From NCBI GenBank assembly GCA_035221665.1, contig CM069153.1, positions 32,612,001 through 32,676,000 on the forward strand: a stretch of 64,000 nt of DNA, in the 5' to 3' direction. Positions 37,307-49,043 of this stretch are shown here, piece by piece. A model generated the notes under the pieces. It ran no database searches. It saw only the letters and a list, made by a program, of their open reading frames with translations, and was not told the DNA's origin. Position 1 is the stretch's first letter; each line of letters opens with the position of its first letter. This DNA comes from Okamejei kenojei (Eukaryota). Position numbers and translations under genes: made by a program.

Positions 37307-39535
37307 AAGTGACAAATCATCCTGTACGATAATCCTCAACATTGTTGCCCTGCAAGGATGCATTCTCAACCCCAATCTGTAGACCTTATGTTGAATACCA
37401 ATCCAACTCAATTTACAAATTTACAAATTTGCAGATGACACCACCGCAGGTGACACCACCGTAGAGGGCCAGATATCAAATAATAATGAGTACAGGAAGG
37501 AGATTGGGAAACTTGCAACCTTGCGCCGGGTCAACAACCTCAATGTCAGCAAGACAAAGGAGAGAGTGATCGACTTCAGGAAGCAAAATGGCACATATAT
37601 CTCGTATCTATTGATGGCGCAGAAGTAGAGATGATTGAAAACTTCAAGTTCTTATGGATAAATATCGCTAGCATTTTGTCCTGGACCAGCCACATCAAAG
37701 CAATGGCCATGAAAGCACACCGTCGCCTCTACTCCTTTCGAAGGCTTCGGAAGTTCAGCGTGTCCCCAACAACTCTCAGCAACTTCAACAGATGTGCAGT
37801 GGAAAGCATTTTATCGGGAAGCATCACAGCATGGTTTGGGAACAACTCCGCCCAAGATCGCAAGAAATTGTAGAGAGTTGTGTTTCTAGCCCAGACCATT
37901 ACACAAACCAACCTCCCTACGATTGACTCCATCTACTATTCACGTTGCCTCAGCAAAATGGCGGCGGCGCGGGTGCATCGCGACGCCCCGTGTCTCCCTT
38001 GGATCAGCGAACTATACCTCACCTTACTTCTTGTTTTGAGCCTGCTTACCTGGAGCAGTCGCTCTATCATCCACTATAGCCGGCAGGAACTTTTAAATCT
38101 CGGTTCCTGCGGCTATAGCGTTCCCCCGGTTGCCTTTCCGGACGAACTCCGGCTCCCTCCTGCACTCTCCTTCACCGCGGAGCTGCGGGGCGGCGAATCT
38201 GCGGAGCTGCGGGGCAGTAGACCTGAAGACCGCACAAAGTCGGCCCGGGCGTCCGGAGGCGCACACAGACGGTGACGGGCCCTAAAACATCGCCGTGGAT
38301 CTCGAGGTGGGTTGAAGGCAAGGTTGGAGCGAGCCCCACACAGGCCATCCATCCCTAGCCTTTTTCTTGCCAACGTCCGTTCCCTGGCAAACAAGATGGA
38401 TGACCTCCGTCTTCTGATCGCCTCCTACAACTGAATCAAGGATTGCAGCATCCTGATCCTCACCGAAACATGGCTGAACTCTGATGTTCCCGCCAGCGCC
38501 ATTGAGCTAGCGGGACGACACATACTCCGAGCAGACAGAACATCTGACTCCGGTAAGACCAGAGGTTGGGGTCTGTGCATGTACGTACACAAAGCATGGT
38601 GCACAGACACCACCATCATTGCTCAGCCAACCTTGAGTTCCTCTTGGTTAAATGCAGACCTTTCTATCTGCCCAGAGAGTTTACCTCCACTGTTGTGACT
38701 GCAGCCTGTACCCCTCCTGATGCTAATGCCAAGCTTGCAATGAAAGAACTGCATATTGCCATTAGCAAACAACTGACCCTCAATCCAGATGCAGCCTTCA
38801 TTGTTGCGGGTGACTTCAATCACTCCAACCTGAAGACTGTACTCCCCAAATTCCACCAACATGTCTCCTTCGCCACTAGAGAGGACAAGACACTGGACAA
38901 AGTCTACACCAACATGGCTGAAGCATACAAAGCCATCCCCCTCCGCCGCCTTGGTCAGTCTGATCACTTATCATTGTTCCTGCTCCCTAAGTACTCCCCA
39001 CTCATCAGACGCGTTAAACCCACAGTGAGGACAGTCAAGGTTTGGTCAGATGAAGCGGACTCCACACTCCAGCAGCGTTTTGGTAACACTGACTGGGCGC
39101 GTTTGCAGCTCAAGCCACCCTTGACTCCCACACTGACATTGACGCCTATACTTCCTCTGTTCTGGACTTCATCAACTCCTCCATCAACAGTGTCACCGCT
39201 CTCAAACAAATCACCACATACCCGAATCAGAAGCCATGGATGAACAGCGAGGTCAGGCGACTGCTGAAAGCACGGGACTCGGCTTTCAGGTCAGGCGATG
39301 CCCATGCCTAACATCGAGGGGCATCAAGAACGCCAAACATAGATACAAGCTGCGGATCGAGGAGCGCTTCGACAGCAACTCCGACCCCCGACGCATGTGG
39401 CATGGCATCCAGGCCATCACTGACTACAGAGCCACCAACTCCACCCCCACTTCCAGCGACGCATCCTTCCTCGAGGAACTCAATCACTTTTATGGCCGCT
39501 TTGAAAGGGATAACTAAGAGTCGGCCATCAAGGCT

Positions 39536-40951
39536 GTGCTCCCCGATGACCACCAGCCCCTCACACTCAACCCCTACGACGTGCACGTGGCACTGAGTAG
39601 GATCAATGTACGTAAGGCTGCCGGCCCTGACGGCATCCCCGGGCGCGTCCTCAGGACCTGTGCTGCACAGCTGACAGACGTCTGGACTGACATCTTCAAC
39701 CTGTCACTTGCCCAGGCGGTTGACCCCACGTGCCTTAAAACTACCTCCATCGTGCCAGTGCCAAAACACTCCACTGCGGCGAGCCTCAACGACTTCCGCC
39801 CAGTTGCACTCACCCCTATCATCGCCAAGTGCTTTGAAAGGCTGGTCATGGCACACCTCAAATGCTGCCCACCTCCCACTCTGGACCACTACCAATTTGC
39901 ATACCGCAAGAACAGGAGCACGGAGGATGCCATCTCAACGGCACTGCACTCCGCCCTCTCCCACCTCGACAACAGAAACACTTATGTGAGAATGCTGTTC
40001 ATCGACTACAGCTCAGCATTCAACATCATTATCCCCTCAAAATTGATCGCCAAACTCGATGACCTGGGCATCAACCCCTCCCTCTGCAATTGGTTACTGG
40101 ACTTTCTAACCAACAGACCACAGTCTGTTAGGTTGGATAACCACTCCTCCTCTACGCTCACCCTGAAGACGCAGCCCCAGGGCTGCGTGCTGAGCCCCCT
40201 CCTCTACTCCCTCTACACCTACGACTGCATACCTGTACATGGTACCAACACCATCATCAAGTATGCAGATGACACGACGGTGATTGGCCTCATCAGCGAC
40301 AATGATGAGTCGGCCTACAGGGAGGAGGTTCAGCTCCTAACCGCATGGTGTGCCGACAATAGCCTGGCCCTCAACTCCAAGAAGACCAAGGAGCTCATTG
40401 TTGACTTCAGGAGATCGAGAGGCTGCACGCACAACCCCATCCATATCAACGGGACGGAGGTGGAACGTGTCTCCAGCTTCAGGTTCCTGGGGGTCAACAT
40501 CTCCGATGACCTCTCCTGGACCCACAACACATCCTCGCTGATCAAGAAGGCTCACCAGCGTCTCTTCTTCCTGAGGAGACTTAAGAAGGTCCACCTGTCT
40601 CCCCAGATTCTGCTGAACTTCTACCGCTGCACCATCGAGAGCATCCTTACCAACTGCATCACAGTATGGTATGGTAACTGCTCTGTTGCCGACCGGAAAG
40701 CTCTGCAGAGGGTGGTGAAGATCGCCCAACCCATCACCGGCTCCTCACTCCCCTCCATTGAGTCTGTCCATAGTAAACAATGCCTGCGCAGGGCGCACAG
40801 CATCGTCAGGGACAGCTCACACCCCAACCATAGACTGTTTACCCTCCTCCCATCCGGGAGTCGCTACAGGTCCCTCCGCTGCCGGACCAGCAGGCTCAAG
40901 AACAGCTTCTTCCCTGCGGCTGTCACACTTCTCAACTCTGCACCTCAATGA
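39536..40951 (+). pseudogene. Rex1 reverse transcriptase domain (open segment of the disrupted ORF)
   Basis: 471-aa open frame containing YADD. The upstream part of the ORF has stops and frameshifts. Confidence 0.9.
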
Positions 40952-41135
40952 CTGCCTGTCTCCACCCCTCACCCCCCCCCCCCCCCCCACCGGACTATCC
41001 AATCACCAGCAAATTGCACGGATACCACTGCATATGTATATGTATTACTTGTTTATTCGTAGGTTCGCCCTTCGGAGATACCAACTGCATTTCGTTGTCT
41101 CTGTATTGTACACTGCACAATGACAATTAAAGATT

Positions 41136-41183
41136 AAATTGAATTGAATTGAATTGAATTGAATTGAATTGAATTGAATTGAA
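41136..41183 (+). repeat. (GAATT)n LINE tail microsatellite
   Basis: Read directly from the sequence. Confidence 0.95.
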
Positions 41184-42724
41184 GGCCACCGGAATAATCA
41201 AGGACCAGTTTCACCCTTGACATTCATTCTTCTTCCCTCTTCCATCAGGCAAGAGATACAGAGGTTTGAAAATGCATACCTCCAGATTCAGGAACAGTTT
41301 CTTCCCAGCTGTTATAAGGCAACTGAACCGTCCTATCAATACTATCTACTTCATTGAAGACCTTCAAACTATCTTTAATCGGACTTCACTGCACTTTATC
41401 ATGGACCAAACGGTATATCCTACATCTCTATACATTGTAGATGGCCTGATTATAATCATGTTTTGTCTTTTCGCTGACAGGATAACGCACAACAAAAAGC
41501 CTGTTTAAGTATCTGTCTAAATGTCTCTTAAACATGGTAATGTATCTGACTGCCCCACCTCCTCTGACAGCAATAACTCTCTGTGTAAAGAACTTACCCC
41601 TCAGATTTCCTTTAAAACTCCTTGCTCTCACCTCAGGTCTCACCTACACCTGTTGTTTTTGATGCCCTGAATATGGAAACTTCGAAAAGCTCGTCAATGT
41701 TTGAGATCAACTAGAACACCGAGAGACTGGAAGCAACAGGATTTTACCTCAGGGAGGTGACATGGAGCCGAGATCAGTCATTGCTATCAAGGTACAGAAC
41801 TGCCCTGTACAGCTGAATAACAGGGCAAGTTTAACGGGCTGTGGTCCGAACTTTCTTTTACCGTGCCTATTTATTTATGTTAATACAGTCTGAGAGGATT
41901 TGCTGGATCTAATAGAAGGCTTTTGACAAATCCTCTCAGTGAGTTTATTCAGTTAGATCTTTGATTTCCAGAGAGCTTATCATTTGACACACAGGGCTGA
42001 ATTTGACCCTGTGATGCCTTTTACATTGAGATTGAGGAGGCAGATCCTGCGCAGTGTTCAGGGACTGCTCAGTCGACAATAGCTGGGTAGAAATGACTAT
42101 TCTCCAGGGAGACACTGGGCAGCATTTGATTGATTGCTTGCAGAAGCTGTTTAAACGTTGAGGGATAATGTGATTAAGCAATGGGCCTATCTCCACAGAT
42201 CAGCAGTAGCAAGGCACAATTAAATAAATCTGGGGGAAATTCTCATTTTCTTGTTGCTATGGTTAATCAGAATTCGCAACATTAACATGTCTGCTGGGGT
42301 TGTAGAGGATGCAAAACGCCACGTGGCGACGCGCGACCTACCGTGATCTCCATCATTAACAGATGGCATCCTAAGTTGTCCAGATAATGATAGTGGAGTG
42401 ACATCTGATGATGACAGACGGCAGCAACTGCCGCAGTGATTTGCAGCGCTCGCCCTGTGACTGCCAGGATTGCCAGTCTGTTTACCGCCCCACTGCATTC
42501 CCAGCTCACGGAAATTGCAAATTGAGATTGATTGCAGAAGCACCAACATCTGGACTGATCGGAGCATGAATCTAGTTCCATAGGAGTGGGGTACGCCTCT
42601 GCGCCTGGCCCAGGGACCTTTCTCCTAGTGTGGTCCCGCACAGTAACAGTCAAGGGTAGCAGCACCTCTGTTAAATCCAGCTGCTGTCAAAAGCCATGCA
42701 TTTTCAGCCATCAGGAAAGATGTT

Positions 42725-43180
42725 CAGTTGAGTTTAGTTTATGGTCACGTGTACCGAGGTACAGTGAAAAGCTTTTTGATGCGTGCTAACCAGCCAGCAG
42801 AAAGGCAATAAATTATTACAATCGATCTATTGACAGCGTATGGATACATGATAAGGGATTAACGTTTAGTGCAAGGTAAAGCCAGCAAAGTCCGATCAAG
42901 GATAGTCCGAGGGACATCAAAGTGGTAGACAGTAGTTCAGCACTGCTCTCTGGTTTTGGTAGGACGATTCTGAAGCCTTATGACAGCTGGGTAGAATCTG
43001 GTGGTGTGCGTTTTCACATTCTATACCCTTGGCTTGATGGGAGAGGGGAGAAGAGTGAGTGGCCAGGGTGCGACTTGTCCTTGATTATGCTGCTGGCCTT
43101 GCCGAGGCAGCGTGAGGTATAATTGGAATCAATAGAAGGGACGTTGGTTTATGTGATGGCCTGGGCTGCATCCACAATTA
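42725..43180 (-). mobile_element. Rex1-like 3' fragment
   Basis: gtcacgtgtaccgaggtacagtgaaaagc tail and ccttgattatgctgctggccttgccgaggcagcgtg. Confidence 0.75.
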
Positions 43181-43404
43181 AGCCCAAGGTGATTTTATAT
43201 AACATGTTACTGAAGCATTTTGTGCCTATCTTGGAAGAAATTTTACATACTTAGCCATCATTGGGTTTTTTTAAAATAACATAACATCCACATCTAATCA
43301 TTAATCTAATGTTCTTTTGCAACAGCCGAAAAAGTAACAATGATAAAGGACCAAAATATGTGATATATTCATAAAACGGCCGAAAAGTTTGAATAATTGA
43401 TTCC

Positions 43405-43710
43405 CAGGGTCACAGTTTAAGGATAAGGGGGAAGTCTTTTAGGACCGAGATGAGAAAATCGTTTTTCACACAGAGAGTGGTGAATCTGTGGAATTCTCTG
43501 CCACAGAAGATAGTTGAGGCCAGTTCGTTGGCCATATTTAAGAGTTGGATGTGGCCCTTGTGGGTGAAGGGATCAGGGGGTATGGAGAGAAGGCAGGTAC
43601 AGGATACTGAGTTGGATGATCAGCCATGATCATATTGAATGGCAGTGCAGGCTCGAAGGGCCGAATGGCCTGCTCCTGCACCTAATTTCTATGTTTCTAT
43701 GTTTCTATGG
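43405..43710 (+). mobile_element. CR1 family B 3' end
   Basis: Matches 62975-63275 and ends (tttctatg)n. Confidence 0.9.
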
Positions 43711-43747
43711 TGGGCACTCAACTGCCGCCCCCATTGGGGGCATGAGG

Positions 43748-44252
43748 CATGGGACGTGGAACCGGGGGGGGGGGGGGGGGGGCTGCAGCCCCTCCACTTT
43801 TTTGGCGAGACATGCTTCATAACCCGAAATTATCCAGCCTGCAGGCGTATTTTTCTCTTCTTCAGAGGACCTCCGCCATCCAGAATCTCAGAGCAAGCGC
43901 ACCGTGAGCGCGGCAAAACCACGACCAGCCGTGGCAGAAACCGACTCCCCCCCCAAAACCCTCCCTCCCCTCCGCTCAACGGCCACTCACAGCACAGTTC
44001 ACAGTCGAGATATGGGGCAGTGAACGAAGCGCTGTGATTAGCCGCCGAGCAGAAGGGAGGGCGTGTGGGCCCCGAGAGAGAGTCGGCCCCGAGAGAGAGA
44101 GTGAGATTGGGCCCCGGGAGTATTATCCTCCAGTTTTTGGCGGTCGTACAACAACAAAAAATAATAATTGTGCCACCCTCCAACACCCCCGAGGCCGGTG
44201 ATCAGTGATCGCTCAGCCCCCCCCCACTTTCAAAGACGTTTCGCGGCCCCTG
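43748..44252. mobile_element. Possible hAT-type MITE
   Basis: Right end gtttcgcggcccctg, degenerate left end catgggacgtggaac, and cagcccc.ccacttt subterminal motifs at both sides. No 8-bp TSD seen. Confidence 0.4.
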
Positions 44253-44499
44253 TGGCGAATGTTGAATGGGCCATGATCCATGTTGGTATTGTACTGGGCT
44301 GGCTTAGTAACTCATCATGAAGATGTGAGAGATACCTTTTCACCAACTAATACCAGCTGGCAGTAATTTCAGCAGCATATTTGAAAAGGTTCGGCACGGT
44401 GGCCTGCTCTGGAAGGATAGATCGCATGAGATCCAGGGAGAGCTAGCCAACTGGATAGAGAATTGGCTTTGTGGAAGGAAGCAGAGCGTGATTGTGGAA

Positions 44500-44805
44500 G
44501 ACAAACCCTCCTCCCTTTTCTTACCGCCAGCCCTGTCCTTCCCCGATGCCCAACCGGGACTCACAACTATTTCTCCCCACCCGTCCATCAAAAAATCCCC
44601 TTAACCAATTACCTGCCAGGTTTTGTCCTGCGCCTCCTCACTTCCCGATTTCTTCACCCTCCGACAATCAGTCCGAAGAACGGTCCCAACCCGAAATGTC
44701 ACCTATCCATATTCTCCAGCGATGCTGCCTGACTTGCTGAGTTACTCCAGCACTTTGTGTCTTATTTTATAAACCAGCATCTGCAGTTCCTATTTTTACA
44801 CCATA
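44500..44805 (+). mobile_element. Penelope-like terminal repeat fragment
   Basis: gtccgaagaacggtcccaacccgaaatgtcacc...gatgctgcctgacttgctgagttactccagc. Confidence 0.75.
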
Positions 44806-44960
44806 CCATGCTTGGAAATTAAGGACAACGTGCAACTAAACTATGGGAAAGCTCACTGTGTTTGAGGGAGAGGGAAGAGGAGAAATTGCTGATATGCTTG
44901 GGTGAAGAAGAGCAGGAGGAGGCTGTGTGGAGCATGGAAACGTTAATAACCAGTGTGATC

Positions 44961-45672
44961 GGAAGTGGCGGCGATGCCTTGCAGCTGCGGCTCGTCTGCA
45001 GTCCGTTTGTCTTTTCTGTTTTTGGTTTTCTCCTGTCCCGTTTTTACAGTTTATTTAGCTGTGTATGTGTGTGGGGGTGGGTGTAACATGGTTTTTGACT
45101 CTTCCTTCGGTGGGGGGGTGCGACCTTTCCTGCCGTCTCCGTGTCGGTCTGCGCTGAGGCCGATCGCGGAGCTGGCGGCCTCCAACTGGGGCCGACCTTG
45201 AGGCTGCGGAGGCGGAGCCAGGACTCACCACCGCGAGGCTGGCCGACCGGGGCTGTGGTTGCGGGGCGACCCGACTTCCGACCCGACTTTGGAGCCTCGG
45301 AGGCTCGGCCGCGGGCCCAGTGGGCGACAGCATCGGGAGCTCGAGTTCTGTTTTCCGAAGCTCCCGCAACTACAGCTGCGTCCGCTGGACTGGAGGGCGG
45401 CGGCTTCGACTGCCCCGGGCCGCGGAGTTTGAACCGGCCCGTTTGCGGAGCACGGATTCAGCCGCGGGACTGACCTACCATCCCCCGGCCGGGCCACAAC
45501 ATCAGAGGCTTGGATCGCCTCAGCGTAGAGGGAGAGCAAGGAGGGAAGAGACAATGACTTTGGGACTTAAACTGTGTTGAGTGTTTGTTATTTATTCTAT
45601 GTTATGACTGCAGGCTAAACCATTTCGTTGCACTGTAAAGTGCAATGACAATAAATTGAATCAAATCAAATC
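44961..45672 (+). mobile_element. Non-autonomous GC-rich retroelement with a Rex1-like 3' hairpin and (aaatc)n tail
   Basis: Homologous to 30933-31833 at the 5' end, in internal blocks and at the 3' end. Confidence 0.7.
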
Positions 45673-47734
45673 CTGTACTTAACCTTGTTGTAAATCTAAC
45701 ACTGCCCACTCAGGTTGGATAGCAGCCCAAACATGACAATCATCCAAGGAGAGGAAGAGATATTGGCATTAACAGAACTTGGGTGGAATTCTTCTGAGGC
45801 CTGCCATTGATAGAGCTCACTCCAACAAATAGGGTGTAGGGCATAGAGAGGGTAGTTTAACCCACGTACCACATTAGCAGGCTGTGCAACTCAGTTTCTC
45901 CACCTATAATTATTGGTAGTGGATGGGCTTATTATATTCACGCACTGAGATACAGTGAAAATCTTTGTTTGCCGTGCTATCCAGCCAATCACACAATACA
46001 CATCGAACCATACACAAGTACAACAAACAACCACAGTAAACAGGCAGTGCAACCCATGTCCCACACCTACAGGCAGTGCGGACCTAGACTATTTTGTCAA
46101 TGTCTTATTGGGTATAAAATTGAAATTTTAGTCCTGAGTTTTTATTAAGTCTCTGTGTCATTCTCCTACACTGACTCCATTATCTTTGACTCCTTTAATG
46201 TTCAATTTGCTTTACATCTGATTTATTAAATAATTAAAATATGATCTATGAACTGCTCTGCTTGCATTACACAATCTGAAAAGGTTCACATCAGTGAATC
46301 TTTGTGTCTGAAACCAAAAACCAAACCTTGTTTGCTGGCTGCTGAGAGTGTAGTTTTGAAGGATTGACGTCCCTACTCAAATGTTCATTTCTGCAAGTTA
46401 ATGAATCATCTCTTTAAAATCATCTCTTTAACCACATTGACAATATTACACCTGGGATTGGAATATTCCAAAGATTAAATCCGTCAGATTGGAGCGCGCT
46501 GTGGACATCAGATACTCCGCACTCTCCTTTAATCCAACTAAGCACTGACCTCTTGTGGAGTATTGTAAAACTAATTTCCCCACATTTGCTTCATATATTT
46601 TGAAGTCCATAACCAGCCGTCCGTAAATCACCAATTGTCCCATTATTCACATCTTCTAGAGAGAAAGCTTCAGATTTCTAGCACATTTTTACTGTGGAAA
46701 AAAATAATTTCTCATTTTCTTTCTGAATTCTAAGAGTAGGTCCCATCATTTTGATCTCTTTGACCAGATTGACTCTCACAATTTATTGTTCTAAGCCCCA
46801 GTTTATTTAGAACAATTATCAGGATCAGAGATTGGTTGTCTGTTGTTTGGTGTCTGCGTGTCAGTTAAGCACAGGAACCATTCACTGATTTTTCAGGCAG
46901 ATGTTTCTCAATCTCAGTATAGGGTTCGATCCCACTTCTCTCTTTGGATTAGTTTTTTTTCAAGTGATCTACTCTCCAGGTGTTATTAATGGTTGTTCAA
47001 CAAAGCCTTGAGAGCAGCTAGTTCGGGATTCATTCATCTGCTCAACTGTGGGGACAGAAAAAGAGGCAATGTTTCAGTCCAGTTCTAAGGAAGGCTCTCT
47101 CTGTTCTTCTGCCATTTATTGTGTAAATGCTGCATGGTTTAACTTCCCAAAATTCAACACCTTGCCCTGGTCCGAGTTGAATTCACCCAGCTCCTTCAAA
47201 AAGAAAATAGAATACGAGAATAAACTGGAAGGAAAGATAGAAAAAACTGCATGATTAAAAAGGATTGATGAGTACAGATTTGGATTATTTTCAGATGATG
47301 AATATGGTGCATGGAGTCTTTCAATAACTGAAGACTGGTTTACGGCAGAGAGCACTTGCGATGGGAACATATGACAGGACATTTTCCTACCCCATTGTGT
47401 TGGTTTCATTTCTTTCCAATAAAGAAATTGTGTTTGTAGAGCACCTTTTACCCAGTCAGCATATAGCAAGTGTACTGTGCCCAATGTTTGACTTTCTGAA
47501 ATGTAGAAGAAATTTCGGCAGATATTTTAGTTGCACCCAGCTCCCTGGGGAAAAATTACTCAGAGAACGTGTGTTGGTGACAAAGGTTATGGAGCTTGTT
47601 TTGATTTGACTATCAGGAAGAGCTGCTTTATCCTTTAGTGTCATGAAATCTCTCTCCAATTGGCACAAGATGCAAGGCGTGAAAGTGTGTACCACCTGAT
47701 TCAGGAACAGCTTCTTCCCTGCTCATATCAGACT

Positions 47735-49043
47735 TGAATGCTGATGAAGGTAGGGTGATGGATGTTGTTTACATGGATTTTAGTTTGATTAGGTCCCTAA
47801 TGGCAGGCTGATCCAGAAGATCTATGGGATTCACGACAACTTGGTTATATGGATGCAGAACTGGCTTATTTAGAGAAAACAAAGGGTTGTGGTGGAAAGT
47901 AGATATTCTGGCTGGAGGCCTTTGAACACTGGAGTTCCACCCCTCTGTTTCTGATACATATGAATGACCTAGATGTAAATGTAGATGGGTTTAGTTTTCG
48001 TTTAGTTTACAGATACAGCACGGAATCAGGTCCTTCGGCCCACTGAGTCCGCACCGACCGGCGATCCCCATACACCAGCACTATCCTACACCCTAGGGAC
48101 AATTTACAATCTTTATTGAAGTTTTAACCTACAAACCTTTATGTCTTTGAAATGTGGGAGGACACTGGAGCATTCGGGAAAAACTCTTGCAGTCATGGAG
48201 AGAATGTACAAACTCCACCCAGACAGTACCCGTAGTCAGGATCGAACGTGGGTCTCTGGCGCTGTTAGGCAGCAACTCCACCACTGTGCCACCCTGCTGC
48301 CCTCGGTTGGCGGGTAAGTTTGTAGACAACACAAAATATGGAGGATTGCAGAAAGTGAGGAATATTGTCAGAAGATACAGCAGGACATAGATCAATTGCA
48401 GAAATGGGCAGAGAAATGGCTAATGGAGTTTAACCCAAGCAAACATGGCATAGATTTGCAAAGGGACCTTGGATTCCAAATTCATAGCTCACTGAAGGTG
48501 GCAGCACAGATAGACAGCACAGATAGGAAGGCATATGGTATGCTTGCTTTCATTGAAGTTAGGAAGTCATGATGCAGCTCTATCGAACTTTGTTTAGGCC
48601 GCATTTGGAGTATTGCTTGCAGTTCTGCTCCCCCCCATTACAGGAAAGATATGGAGGCTTTGGAGAGGGTGCAAAGGAGGTTTACCAGAATTCTGCTTGG
48701 ATTAGAGGGTTTCAGCTACAGGTAGAGGGTGGATAGATGGATTGTTTTCACTGGAATGTCAGAGGTTGAGGGGAGACGATAGAAGTATACAAAATTATGA
48801 GAGGCATAGATAAGGTCAGAACCTTTTTTTCCCCAGGGTGGAAATATCCAACATTGGAGGGTATAGCTATAAGGTGGGAGGGAGAAAGTTTAACGGAGAT
48901 GTGCGGGGCAGATTTTGTTTCCTGACAGAGAATGGAGGGGGGCCTGGAACACATTGCCATATGTGGTGGGGGAGGCAGATACAACAGTGGTGTTTAAGAA
49001 GCTTTTAGATATTGAAGTGTAGGGAATAGAGGGATATGGATCC
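47735..49043 (+). mobile_element. Old CR1 RT/3' fragment with a nested minus-strand V-SINE (~47992-48295)
   Basis: Decayed DVVYMDF, RPHLEYC and [10 protein letters not shown] motifs. SINE B-box revcomp ggatcgaac at ~48239. Confidence 0.8.

Larger units (their letters stand above)
37954..41183 (+). mobile_element. Near full-length Rex1/Babar LINE (single ORF, APE + RT, several disabling mutations)
   Basis: LANVRSLANKMD, LTETWL, AGDFN, TLDKVY, SDHL (APE) and [29 protein letters not shown] (RT). (gaatt)n tail. Confidence 0.92.
36660..41500 (+). mobile_element. Older Rex1-like LINE split by the L2 and by the young Rex1
   Basis: KFADDTT, FKFL.INI..LSWT.H and ESILSG.ITAWFGN. Resumes after 41184 (ggccacc..ataatcaaggacc; RFRNSFFP). 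Confidence 0.7.

Noticed and set aside
37958-38400. 2A-like ribosomal skipping peptide in the LINE leader
   Set aside because: No D(V/I)ExNPGP motif is present.
46440-47380. Possible host exons in non-repeat DNA
   Set aside because: Only short open frames, with no convincing acceptor/donor pair or recognisable protein similarity.
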